From: Candidatus Korarchaeum cryptofilum OPF8
GTDB lineage: Archaea; Korarchaeota; Korarchaeia; Korarchaeales; Korarchaeaceae
Reading direction: 5' to 3'
DNA length: 32,000 nt
NCBI RefSeq assembly: GCF_000019605.1
Contig: NC_010482.1
Coordinates: 870,001-902,000 of the forward strand
Notes under the pieces: model-generated
What the model saw: only the letters and a program-made list of their open reading frames with translations
Databases searched by the model: none
What the model was told of the DNA's origin: nothing
Position numbers and translations under genes: made by a program
In this document: positions 24,612 through 32,000 of the stretch, piece after piece
How the letters are laid out: each line of letters starts with the position of its first letter
How positions within the stretch are numbered: position 1 is the first letter of the stretch

Positions 24612-27600
24612 ATGAAACTGGAAGGTCTCTACTTCCCGTTGGGCGCCTGCCTAATATCGATGATAATCATAAGCTTCCTCCTGAACCTGGGAATATATGA
24701 GATCCCGCTGCTAGCTATACCATTGCTCTCCCTCCTCTTCCTCCTCTCCGATCGAGCTCTCAAAATTAGGGTACCGAGGTTGGAGCTCATACTGGCCTTG
24801 ATACCTCAGATGTTCTTGCCTCTCTCCCTCCTCTCCCCGCCACCACTTAACGCGATCTCCTGCATGATCTTCCTATTCTTAATGTTCTTGCCTCTCTCCC
24901 CCCTGATCTCCAAAGATCTATGGGAAGCCCTAAGCTTATCCGCAGCTATGGGAGGTCTCTTCATCTCCCTCCTCTTTGCTATAAATTTCCTGTATAGGAT
25001 CCCAATATTTGAAATAATAGTTATAATTTCCGTATCCATGAGCATAATTTCAATATATTTATCCACTAAGAGGAAAATTTTTGTGGAAAATGAGTTCAAG
25101 CTGAACGGTTATCATGCGTTGATCTCGATACTCTCAGCTTTCTTCCTCCTGGAGCTCGCTCTAGCCTACCCTAACATATTCAGATACATTACGAACGACC
25201 TCCTCTATCACCAAGATCAAGCATGGTACCTCGCGAATTTCCCCTCCAAATACGATGCTTGGAATTACTTAGGCTACAACTCCCTCCTCGGAGCTATTTA
25301 CCTGATAACTAAGGCTGATGTTCTCAGCCTGATGCTCACAGTAGTAGCGATAAACCTCTTCTCATTCCTAATAGTGGCTTCATCATTCTCGAAGCTCGAG
25401 TGGAGGAAGGAATCCCTATTCGCGTGGTCCCTCCTGACTGGCCTGGGTTGGATAGCCGCCCTGAAGTTTGGGACGGATTACAACGGGCTGGATAAAGCTA
25501 ATGAGGCATCTTACAGATCGCTCATATGGAGCCAGCCCATATTCTTCTGGGGGCTCCCCCTAACTTTAGCTATAGCCTTGCTGGCTTTCCTCCTCTACTC
25601 CGATATATTCGTAGAGGGGAGGAGGAAGATCTTCATAATATTCGTCCTGAGCACCCTCACCTTCCTCGTCCACGTAGCGGAATCCCTCCTCTTCGTAGCC
25701 TATCTTTCCCTGGCTTCCCTAATATTCGGGAAGAGGAGGGAATCTTCAATAGCTGTCCTCCTCTCTGGAGCATCGGTTTACCTGCTCTCATTCATCCACG
25801 GACCACCATCCATTTACGGGGGGCCCGGCCTCTACTTCCTGACCTCCCCGATCCCCCTCCTCCTGAACGAGCTCAGGAGGTTCCTGAGGGTCGAGAGGTT
25901 AATAGGGCTGATGAGCTCCAAGCGCGACATTATAATCTCTATACTGATGGCACTCTTCGCATCCGGCCTGATAGTATGGATCCTGCATTTAGGGGAGATT
26001 AAAGTCAGCGAGATATACTACATAGGGCAGGTCCCCTGGTTCTTCTATCCAGCTCTCCTCGGAGTCTCTGGGCTCTTAGGAATAGCCTCCCTTAAGATCC
26101 TGCGTGAGCCCCTCCATAATTACGCTCTCTTCGCACTCGCCTGCTTGATCTTGGGCAGGTTGATAACTTACGTTAAGATCTCGGGCTTCATGATAAACTA
26201 CTGGGAATACAGATTCCCGCTTTACGCCTTACTGGGAGTCTCAGTCCTATCCTCACCGATAATAAGAATACTAGTCAGGAGGAGGGATTCGAAGCTCTAC
26301 GCTTTAATTTTGGCTTTGATACTCTTCTCGGGATTCTCATCGACAGCTTTAAGCGTCCAGAGGTGGAATCAGCTGAACGTAACTGCTTCAGGCTCTATCC
26401 TTCCGGCAGATTTCGATTTCGCTGTAAAATTCAAGGGCGAAAATGATGCTACTATGCTCCTTCTCTCCTATTACTCCAGCGCTGTCTCCTCCTTGATGCA
26501 TAGTAATAGTATGAGGCAATTGGCCCCCTGGATCTCTGAGGGACCTGAAATTCCTCTCCTCATCCTCTACGAGCTAGCTGGGAAGCGGAATTTATCTGTC
26601 CTGACGACTATGGGGGATGTGGCTATCCTGAACGGGGAGAACTCCACTTACAACTATCTATTCATGTTCATGGGACCCATATTATCCGCTCCTTCAGTAG
26701 AGAGGATCGAGATAGGGAATCCAGCTCTCCCTAATGCGACGCTCCCCATAATAATGCCTTCCGACGTATACTTCAGGAGGAGGAGCTTAATAGCTTACGA
26801 GCTGATGAGGGATGAGCTCCCATTCCACACTATCTACTTGAGCGATGATCCGAGGGCTCCCAGTGGGATTTACATAGGGCCCAGCTCATCGAATCAGAGC
26901 GTTGAGGAGGAGCTACCTTCGGATAAAGGTGATCTGAGGTGGCTCTACTTGAGGGGCGACTTCTCGCCGGATGAGACCGGGATAAGGGTGAGGGGATCTA
27001 GGAACCTAGCTATAACTACTTACGAGCTCGATAAGGGAGAGTTCAAGCTTAAGGTCTGCGGGGAAGGCGGTTACGTGGGGATAATTTACGATTTCAAGAA
27101 CTTCGCGAACTACAGGATCTTCCAGCTCTACCTAGATAGTGGGACAGCTGTGAATAGAATAATCAGGGGGAGGAACGTTTCATCAGGCCCCTCCTTCATC
27201 GTCCCCTTGGGTTGGGAGTGCAATGAACTGGAGCTGAGGCTCGGGAAGGAGCTAGAGGCTGTGGTTAATGGGAGGGCCATAAAGCTCCCGGGAGTCGAGA
27301 AGCTGGGAGTCCTGGGATTCGAGACGGGGAACTTCACCGGTGTAATAAGCGGGAAAGCCTCAGGTTACCACAGCTTAGAATGGAATCCTAAGAATGGATC
27401 TATCCTCATAGGGGTCTCGGGAGGTGGGATAGATATCAAGGACTGGGTTGATAGGGGCTTGAGGAACCTCTCCGATGCTAAGAAGCACTTCCCAGGGTTG
27501 AAGCTCGATCTGAAGTCCGAATATCAGGAGGTGCCAAGGATAGAGGCTGTAATCACGGGATTGGAGGCATCTGGGAAAATTAGAGTAATAGGCAGGCCAA

Positions 27601-28070
27601 TCTCGTTGAATGAAGTGCCTATGAACTCATCCACGATAAGAATAAACGCCAGTAGGTTAGCTTACTTAGGGGGGAAAGGCTTCTACGCTGATTTACTCTT
27701 GGATGGAGTGGAGGGGATGAACTCGTCTAGAGTCAAGATGAGGTTCAGGACCCCCCTGACTATAGAGGCTGAGGGTATCGTTAAGCTAGAGAGGTACCAT
27801 CCTTTCTCTAGGAGCATCAGCTATACCTTCGATGTCAATTTGACTGAGGCTAATCTGACGATATTGGCTGCGGATAGAGCTATTCTCCTGAGCAAGCTAG
27901 ATGCACCTAAGGAAGAGGTATCCACTGGGAAGCTCTTGTATAAGAGTTTCGATGAGTCCAGATATCTAGCTGAATCGCTAGCGAGTTTCTTAGCCCTCTC
28001 AATAGCGTTCTACTACCTCATGAGGAAGATAGAGGGTCCGAAGAAGGTCTCGAAACGCAAGAATATCTGA
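24612..28070 (+). CDS. 1152-aa polytopic membrane protein with a large extracytoplasmic C-terminal region and a C-terminal TM anchor; function unknown (possibly GT-C-like)
   Basis: About 16-18 predicted TM helices in the first 600 aa. The soluble region of about 500 aa carries many N-x-S/T sequons, plus a segment (about aa 770-920: LRWLYLRGDF...YVGIIYDFKNFANYRIFQLYLD...LGVLGFETGNFTG) that reads like a lectin/LamG-type jelly roll. The final TM helix is LASFLALSIAFYYLM. Codon usage matches the genome. Confidence 0.75.
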   Translation: MKLEGLYFPLGACLISMIIISFLLNLGIYEIPLLAIPLLSLLFLLSDRALKIRVPRLELILALIPQMFLPLSLLSPPPLNAISCMIFLFLMFLPLSPLISKDLWEALSLSAAMGGLFISLLFAINFLYRIPIFEIIVIISVSMSIISIYLSTKRKIFVENEFKLNGYHALISILSAFFLLELALAYPNIFRYITNDLLYHQDQAWYLANFPSKYDAWNYLGYNSLLGAIYLITKADVLSLMLTVVAINLFSFLIVASSFSKLEWRKESLFAWSLLTGLGWIAALKFGTDYNGLDKANEASYRSLIWSQPIFFWGLPLTLAIALLAFLLYSDIFVEGRRKIFIIFVLSTLTFLVHVAESLLFVAYLSLASLIFGKRRESSIAVLLSGASVYLLSFIHGPPSIYGGPGLYFLTSPIPLLLNELRRFLRVERLIGLMSSKRDIIISILMALFASGLIVWILHLGEIKVSEIYYIGQVPWFFYPALLGVSGLLGIASLKILREPLHNYALFALACLILGRLITYVKISGFMINYWEYRFPLYALLGVSVLSSPIIRILVRRRDSKLYALILALILFSGFSSTALSVQRWNQLNVTASGSILPADFDFAVKFKGENDATMLLLSYYSSAVSSLMHSNSMRQLAPWISEGPEIPLLILYELAGKRNLSVLTTMGDVAILNGENSTYNYLFMFMGPILSAPSVERIEIGNPALPNATLPIIMPSDVYFRRRSLIAYELMRDELPFHTIYLSDDPRAPSGIYIGPSSSNQSVEEELPSDKGDLRWLYLRGDFSPDETGIRVRGSRNLAITTYELDKGEFKLKVCGEGGYVGIIYDFKNFANYRIFQLYLDSGTAVNRIIRGRNVSSGPSFIVPLGWECNELELRLGKELEAVVNGRAIKLPGVEKLGVLGFETGNFTGVISGKASGYHSLEWNPKNGSILIGVSGGGIDIKDWVDRGLRNLSDAKKHFPGLKLDLKSEYQEVPRIEAVITGLEASGKIRVIGRPISLNEVPMNSSTIRINASRLAYLGGKGFYADLLLDGVEGMNSSRVKMRFRTPLTIEAEGIVKLERYHPFSRSISYTFDVNLTEANLTILAADRAILLSKLDAPKEEVSTGKLLYKSFDESRYLAESLASFLALSIAFYYLMRKIEGPKKVSKRKNI

Positions 28071-28183
28071 GGCTGAATGAACTCTGGGATCCCATAATAA
28101 TTTGAAGCTCTAGTTAACTCCTCACGAAGTTACCCTGAGGGACTAAAATTATTATTTGCATTAACTCAGATGCCCGAAGGATC

Positions 28184-29386
28184 ATGAGCGTGAGAGACCT
28201 GCTGAAGGTGCATGGTAGGCCCTCTAAAGAGGTTTATTTAGATAATGAGAACTCCGGGTGGGTCCCTAGGGAAGTAGTTGAGGCTATGATCCCTTACTTC
28301 AACGTCATCGGTTACGGGCATCCATCGATAACTAATAAGCCGGGATGGGAGGCCTTCGAACTGATAGATGAGGCATCGGAGCTCATAGCAAGGACTCTGG
28401 GGGCCGATAAGGAGGATATAAACTTCGTCCACAGCGGTACTGAGGCTAATAACCTCGCTATACTCGGCACAGCTAAGAAATCGAGAAAGAGGAAGATAAT
28501 AGTATCGGATATAGAGCATTACAGCGTCCTTATGCCCGCTCTCTCCTTACAGGAACAGGGCTTCAAGGTAGTCAGGGCTCCTGTCGATGAGAGGGGCTTC
28601 GTATTGAGCGATGTATTATCGGAGCTAGTGGATAGCGAGACCTTCTTAGTCAGCATCCAAACGGTGAATCATGAGATAGGGACTATACAGAGGATCAAGG
28701 AGCTCTCTGAGATAGTGAAGGATAAAAATCCCAATGTGATATTTCATACGGATGCATGCGATGCTTACATGAGAATCCCAATAGATTTAAGCAAGCTAGA
28801 TGTTGATTTGCTCACGATAAGCTCTCATAAGATACTGGGACCCAAGGGAGCGGCTGCCCTCTACGTTAGGGATGAGGTTGAGATAGAGCCTATAATAAAG
28901 GGGGCATTGAGCAGCCAGACCCTCTGGCCGGGGGTCGAGAACGTCCCGGCGATCGCGGGCTTCAAGAGAGCGATAGAACTCTCCCTTGAGGATTTCGATG
29001 GGAGAATAAGGAAGTTATCTTCGCTAAGGGACTTCCTAATAGATTCCATATTGGATTCAGTCCCTGATTCCATCCTAAATGGCCCGAGAGGGGATGAGAG
29101 AGTTTCGGATAACGTTAACATTAGCTTCCTCCACGTCGAGGGGGAGGCCCTAACGGTGGAACTCAGCATGAGAGGAGTCTACGTCTCCAGCGGTAGCGCC
29201 TGCACTAGCAGGATCCTGGAGCCGAGCCACGTGATGCTAGCTATAGGCAGGAAACATGAGGAGGCTCATGGGAGCATATTATTCAAGTTAACTAGGTACC
29301 ATGAGATGGAAGATATGAGGTTCGTGGTGGATAATGTCAAGGAAGCCGTGGGGAGGCTGAGGTCGATAAGCCCGTTGGGGAGGTAG
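28184..29386 (+). CDS. iscS: cysteine desulfurase (class-V aminotransferase, IscS/NifS-like)
   Basis: SGTEANN, HTDACDA, SSHKILGPKG (PLP-binding Lys), SSGSACTS (catalytic Cys loop). Confidence 0.9.
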   Translation: MSVRDLLKVHGRPSKEVYLDNENSGWVPREVVEAMIPYFNVIGYGHPSITNKPGWEAFELIDEASELIARTLGADKEDINFVHSGTEANNLAILGTAKKSRKRKIIVSDIEHYSVLMPALSLQEQGFKVVRAPVDERGFVLSDVLSELVDSETFLVSIQTVNHEIGTIQRIKELSEIVKDKNPNVIFHTDACDAYMRIPIDLSKLDVDLLTISSHKILGPKGAAALYVRDEVEIEPIIKGALSSQTLWPGVENVPAIAGFKRAIELSLEDFDGRIRKLSSLRDFLIDSILDSVPDSILNGPRGDERVSDNVNISFLHVEGEALTVELSMRGVYVSSGSACTSRILEPSHVMLAIGRKHEEAHGSILFKLTRYHEMEDMRFVVDNVKEAVGRLRSISPLGR

Positions 29387-29434
29387 TAGGAAAGGATAAG
29401 ATTATATTCTAATAACTCTAGTTATGGTGAGAGC

Positions 29435-29917
29435 ATGAGCACGAGGGTACCCCTCCCTTACACGCCTAGGGTCCTGGAGCTCTTCAGGGAGCCGAAGAAC
29501 TTGGGGAGGATCGACGACGCTGATGCCTTCGCTCAAGCCGGCAGTCCTGCATGCGGAGATGTCATAAGCATATACTTGAGGATAAGGGATGGAGTGATAG
29601 AGGACGCGAAGTTCGAGAGCTATGGATGCGCAGCCAATATAGCTGCTGCTAGCGTATTGACGGAGATAGTGAAGGGAAAGCGTTTGGAAGAGGCCTGGAA
29701 TATCGATTGGCAGCAGATAGCTGATGAGCTCGGGGGCTTGCCTCCAGTTAAGAAGCACTGCAGTATCTTAGCTGTGGGAGCTTTGAGGAGAGCTATAAGG
29801 AGATATTTTGGGGATAATTTGCCTGAATGGCTGCCTAAGGATTTGACTAGCGTTGAGAGGCAGGCATTGGAGGAAGAGGAGATGATAGAGCGTATTTACG
29901 GTAAGCTGAGGAGGTGA
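29435..29917 (+). CDS. iscU: IscU/NifU-like Fe-S scaffold with a C-terminal extension of about 30 aa
   Basis: The three scaffold cysteines are present: GSPACGDVISIYL, ESYGCAANIAAAS, KKHCSILAVGAL. There is an extra acidic or helical tail, LTSVERQALEEEEMIERIYGKLRR. Confidence 0.88.
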   Translation: MSTRVPLPYTPRVLELFREPKNLGRIDDADAFAQAGSPACGDVISIYLRIRDGVIEDAKFESYGCAANIAAASVLTEIVKGKRLEEAWNIDWQQIADELGGLPPVKKHCSILAVGALRRAIRRYFGDNLPEWLPKDLTSVERQALEEEEMIERIYGKLRR

Positions 29918-29921
29918 TGAA

Positions 29922-30167
29922 ATGAAGATAGTCGCTGAGATAAACACAGCTAAGAGATTGGAGGGATGCACAGAATCTCCGGTAGCGACTTTCCTCAGGG
30001 TTGTGAAGGAGTTGAAAGAGGGAGAAGCTATCCTGCTCATTTTGGATGACTCTGCCTTCCCAGTGAAAGCTGCAGAGGCTTTAGCGAGGAAACTGGGACT
30101 TGAATTCGAGCGATTGGGGAGGGAGGGGGATCTCGAGAGATGTATAGCATTCAAACCCGATAGATGA
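29922..30167 (+). CDS. TusA/SirA-like sulfur-carrier protein with a non-canonical Cys motif
   Basis: 81 aa. LEGCTESPVATFLRVVKELKEGEAILLILDD aligns to the TusA pattern GL-CP-x-P...L..l..Ge.l.v..dd, but with C-TES-P instead of C-P-x-P. It starts 5 nt after the iscU stop. Confidence 0.6.
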   Translation: MKIVAEINTAKRLEGCTESPVATFLRVVKELKEGEAILLILDDSAFPVKAAEALARKLGLEFERLGREGDLERCIAFKPDR

Positions 30168-30430
30168 AAAGATGAACGGGAAATCTATATGATTATTTTA
30201 TATTATTTTCTTTTAAGTTAAAACATATCATTGGAGCATTCTGCATCAGTCTGGGACTTCTTGAGAACCTCCTAAGTTCATATAAGTGAAATATATTGAG
30301 GTATATTCTCTGAATGGAATTAATGGCATATAAGGATTAATACACATAGATATTCAATGAAGCGAGTTCTATGGAAAATCTTTTGTCTTTTTTCTGAAAC
30401 TTTCTCGATTTTATTTTTATTATAATGATT

Positions 30431-30444
30431 AAGGAGATCTCCTT
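30431..30444. promoter_or_regulatory. perfect 14-bp palindrome upstream of the ftsZ promoter
   Basis: AAGGAGATCTCCTT, self-complementary at all 14 positions. It ends about 27 nt upstream of the TATA-rich block. Confidence 0.4.
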
Positions 30445-30470
30445 CCACTCCGCAAAAATGCCCCCATAGC

Positions 30471-30496
30471 TTTACATAAAATATATATAAAAATTT
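30471..30496 (+). promoter_or_regulatory. TATA-rich promoter block for the ftsZ paralogue operon
   Basis: TTTACATAAAATATATATAAAAATTT. The GC-rich hairpin begins 13 nt downstream of it. Confidence 0.45.
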
Positions 30497-30508
30497 CGTC
30501 AATCTTTG

Positions 30509-30538
30509 CGGTGGTTGGTGGTCCCGCACCAACCGCTG
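30509..30538 (+). promoter_or_regulatory. GC-rich 12-bp hairpin at the predicted 5' end of the ftsZ leader
   Basis: CGGT-GGTTGGTG (30509-30520), loop GTCCCG, then CACCAACC-GCTG (30527-30538). There are 8 Watson-Crick pairs plus 4 flanking pairs, 2 of them G.U. It lies about 60 nt upstream of the ATG at 30597. Confidence 0.45.
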
Positions 30539-30596
30539 AGAGGGAGCGAGGCTATGAGCCGAAGTTTTCGTCCTATAAAATGGGAGGTAAGTGAAG

Positions 30597-31610
30597 ATGG
30601 CTAGCAGTAGGGCCGGTCTTCCAACGAGATTTGAGGAAATACCAACTAAAATCACTGTTTTGGGCGTTGGAGGAGCAGGAATAAAGGCTATTGATAGCTT
30701 AGCAAGATCTGGAATGGAATTGGCGAAATTAGTCGCTTTAGACTCTGATCTGAATGCCCTAAGGCAGGTCAAGGCACATGAGATCATCCAGGTCGGGGAG
30801 AATACGCTTAGGGGGAGAGGAAGCGGAGGAGATATAAGCCTAGCCCAGAAAGCAGTCGATGAGGATTTAGACAAGGTTATAAGGACTCTAGATGTCTGCG
30901 ACCTCCTCATAGCTGTAGCTGGACTTGGCGGAGGTATGGGAAGCGGTGGATTGCCATATCTCCTGAGGGCGATAAGGGATCAGTATGGGGATAAAGCCCC
31001 GGCTATGATATCTATCGTAACGATTCCCTTCAGGTATGAAGGGCAGACGAAGATGAAGAATGTCCAGTCGGGATTGAGGGAAATAGTTGTCGTGAACGAT
31101 AGTGTCGTGGTGAACATGAACGATGTCCTCCTTGAGAAATTCGGTGAGATGCCTGCTCAAGTTGCTTACTCGAGGATGGACAATATACTGAAGATGGCCA
31201 TAAATTACATAGTTGAGATGCTGGATCCCAGGGACACTTTGCAGAGGCTCGACTTCCCAGATCTCAAGGGGATGATAGAGAGATCCGGGATAGGGTTCAT
31301 AGGCATAGGTTCCCACAGGAGCGTCAGGAAAGCTGTTGAAAGCGCTATAGATACTAGGTTGCTAGACGCAGAGCCAACTTCAGCCTCAGGTTATCTCCTC
31401 TACATCAAGATACCGCCAACTGCGAGTCTTTCGGAGGTCATAGATGGGCCTAGGCTCATAACGGAGAAGTATGATGTCGAGAGAATTTCATTCGGGGCTA
31501 GATTGAACCCCATGCTCAGAACACCGGAGTCCTTCGTTTACGCTACTGGCGTCGACTCTCCCTTCGTGAAGGAGATGATAGGAGATGTTAAAGAGCTCTT
31601 GAGGGAGTGA
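30597..31610 (+). CDS. ftsZ: divergent FtsZ/tubulin-family GTPase paralogue (signature GGGMGSG)
   Basis: ITVLGVGGAGIKAID, GRGSGGD, AVAGLGGGMGSGGLP (30927-30947), and a T7-like RLDFPD. The ATG at 30597 follows GGGAGGT. The track start is a GTG at 30591. Confidence 0.85.
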   Translation: MASSRAGLPTRFEEIPTKITVLGVGGAGIKAIDSLARSGMELAKLVALDSDLNALRQVKAHEIIQVGENTLRGRGSGGDISLAQKAVDEDLDKVIRTLDVCDLLIAVAGLGGGMGSGGLPYLLRAIRDQYGDKAPAMISIVTIPFRYEGQTKMKNVQSGLREIVVVNDSVVVNMNDVLLEKFGEMPAQVAYSRMDNILKMAINYIVEMLDPRDTLQRLDFPDLKGMIERSGIGFIGIGSHRSVRKAVESAIDTRLLDAEPTSASGYLLYIKIPPTASLSEVIDGPRLITEKYDVERISFGARLNPMLRTPESFVYATGVDSPFVKEMIGDVKELLRE

Positions 31611-31615
31611 TGAGA

Positions 31616-32000
31616 ATGGCTATCAGGGGAAGGATGGTCGATAGAGGGTTGGAGAGTGTAGAGAAAGCGACCGAGGCCAAGATAAATATAGTGGGCATTG
31701 GAGGATGCGGCAATAACATAATAAGCGCATTTTACAAGAAGTTCCCGAAGAACGTAAAGACGATAGCTGTCAATACTGATTCCGCTGTACTGAAGAAGGC
31801 CGATGCCGATGAGAAGGTCTTAATAGGAAGGTATACTCACAAGGGAAGGGGAGCCCAGGGAGTACCTGATCTAGGGAGAGAGGCGATGGAGGAGGATATA
31901 GAAAGCGTATTAAGAGCTTTGGATGAGAACGTGGGCATCGTTATAGGCATAGCTGGGATGGGAGGCGGAACTGGTTCAGGAGGTCTCCCGGTGCTCATGA
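31616..32000 (+). CDS. ftsZ: FtsZ paralogue with the canonical GGGTGSG signature (3' end beyond the window)
   Basis: My own translation from the ATG at 31616 is MAIRGRMVDRGLESVEKATEAKINIVGIGGCGNNIISAFYKK...NTDSAVLKKADADEKVLIG...GRGAQGVPDLGREAMEE...GIAGMGGGTGSGGLPVLM. It starts 5 nt after the previous stop. It is absent from the ORF track because it is truncated. Confidence 0.85.
   Translation, partial: MAIRGRMVDRGLESVEKATEAKINIVGIGGCGNNIISAFYKKFPKNVKTIAVNTDSAVLKKADADEKVLIGRYTHKGRGAQGVPDLGREAMEEDIESVLRALDENVGIVIGIAGMGGGTGSGGLPVLM

Noticed and set aside
26200-26225. YWEYRFP in the 1152-aa protein as a degenerate AglB WWDYG motif (oligosaccharyltransferase)
   Set aside because: The motif is not W-W-D-Y-G. 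Two more TM helices follow it, whereas the AglB motif opens the soluble domain. No DK/MI motif or EL1 DxD is evident.
30168-30590. AT-rich 420-nt spacer as a replication origin
   Set aside because: I found no repeated ORB or mini-ORB elements (dyad plus G-string) in inverted orientation. There is only a single TTCCACTCC...CCCCC look-alike, with the wrong strand logic. No orc1/cdc6 gene is adjacent. A promoter and leader function explains the region more simply.
1-32000. Scan for tRNA, rRNA, CRISPR repeats, IS elements or transposases, integrases, toxin-antitoxin pairs and defence genes
   Set aside because: I saw no T-loop or acceptor-like tRNA patterns, no regularly spaced repeats, no terminal inverted repeats flanking a transposase-like ORF, and no recognisable defence-system domains. 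The window reads as core chromosome, not as a mobile or accessory island.

Overview
This looks like an archaeal chromosomal segment. GC is about 50%, codon bias is strong (AGG/AGA Arg, ATA Ile, CTC Leu, GAG Glu), and many genes overlap by 4 or about 20 nt. Starts are often GTG or TTG, preceded by GGAGG-type SDs and TATA/BRE-like boxes. The gene content (ThiDN fusion, WtpABC tungstate/molybdate transporter, tandem FtsZ paralogues, many peptidases) fits a thermophilic, peptide-degrading TACK/Korarchaeota-like archaeon, but that taxon call is inference only.

Gene order:
- DUF4013-like membrane protein (partial), M24 prolidase, cupin.
- A TPP riboswitch leading a translationally coupled cytX-thiDN-thiW-(P-loop NTPase) thiamine-salvage operon.
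- DUF422-type membrane protein, stand-alone Lrp RAM-domain protein plus USP, a 56-aa wHTH protein, and an APC permease fused to USP.
- wtpCBA operon, divergent from a frameshifted ModE-HTH/PBP-like regulator.
- A peptide and amino-acid catabolism run: isoaspartyl peptidase, class-III aminotransferase, gamma-glutamyltransferase and M42 peptidase, interrupted by a double MgtE-domain transporter.
- A 258-nt structured non-coding gap, then an SDR.
- Two divergent secreted or anchored proteins, heme O synthase, and an 1152-aa polytopic membrane protein.
- iscS-iscU-tusA-like cluster.
- A 420-nt AT-rich spacer, then two tandem FtsZ paralogues (the second truncated by the window edge).

I found no rRNA, tRNA, CRISPR array, IS element or integrase. 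I found no gene cluster I can defend as a novel system.

The most noteworthy items are:
- the archaeal TPP riboswitch with a thiM-like SD-sequestering platform and an extra aptamer hairpin;
- the uncharacterised P-loop protein coupled to thiW;
- the G6-run frameshift in the regulator next to wtpABC;
- the candidate structured RNA at 20.2-20.4 kb;
- the divergent FtsZ paralogue with a GGGMGSG signature behind a long AT-rich regulatory region.
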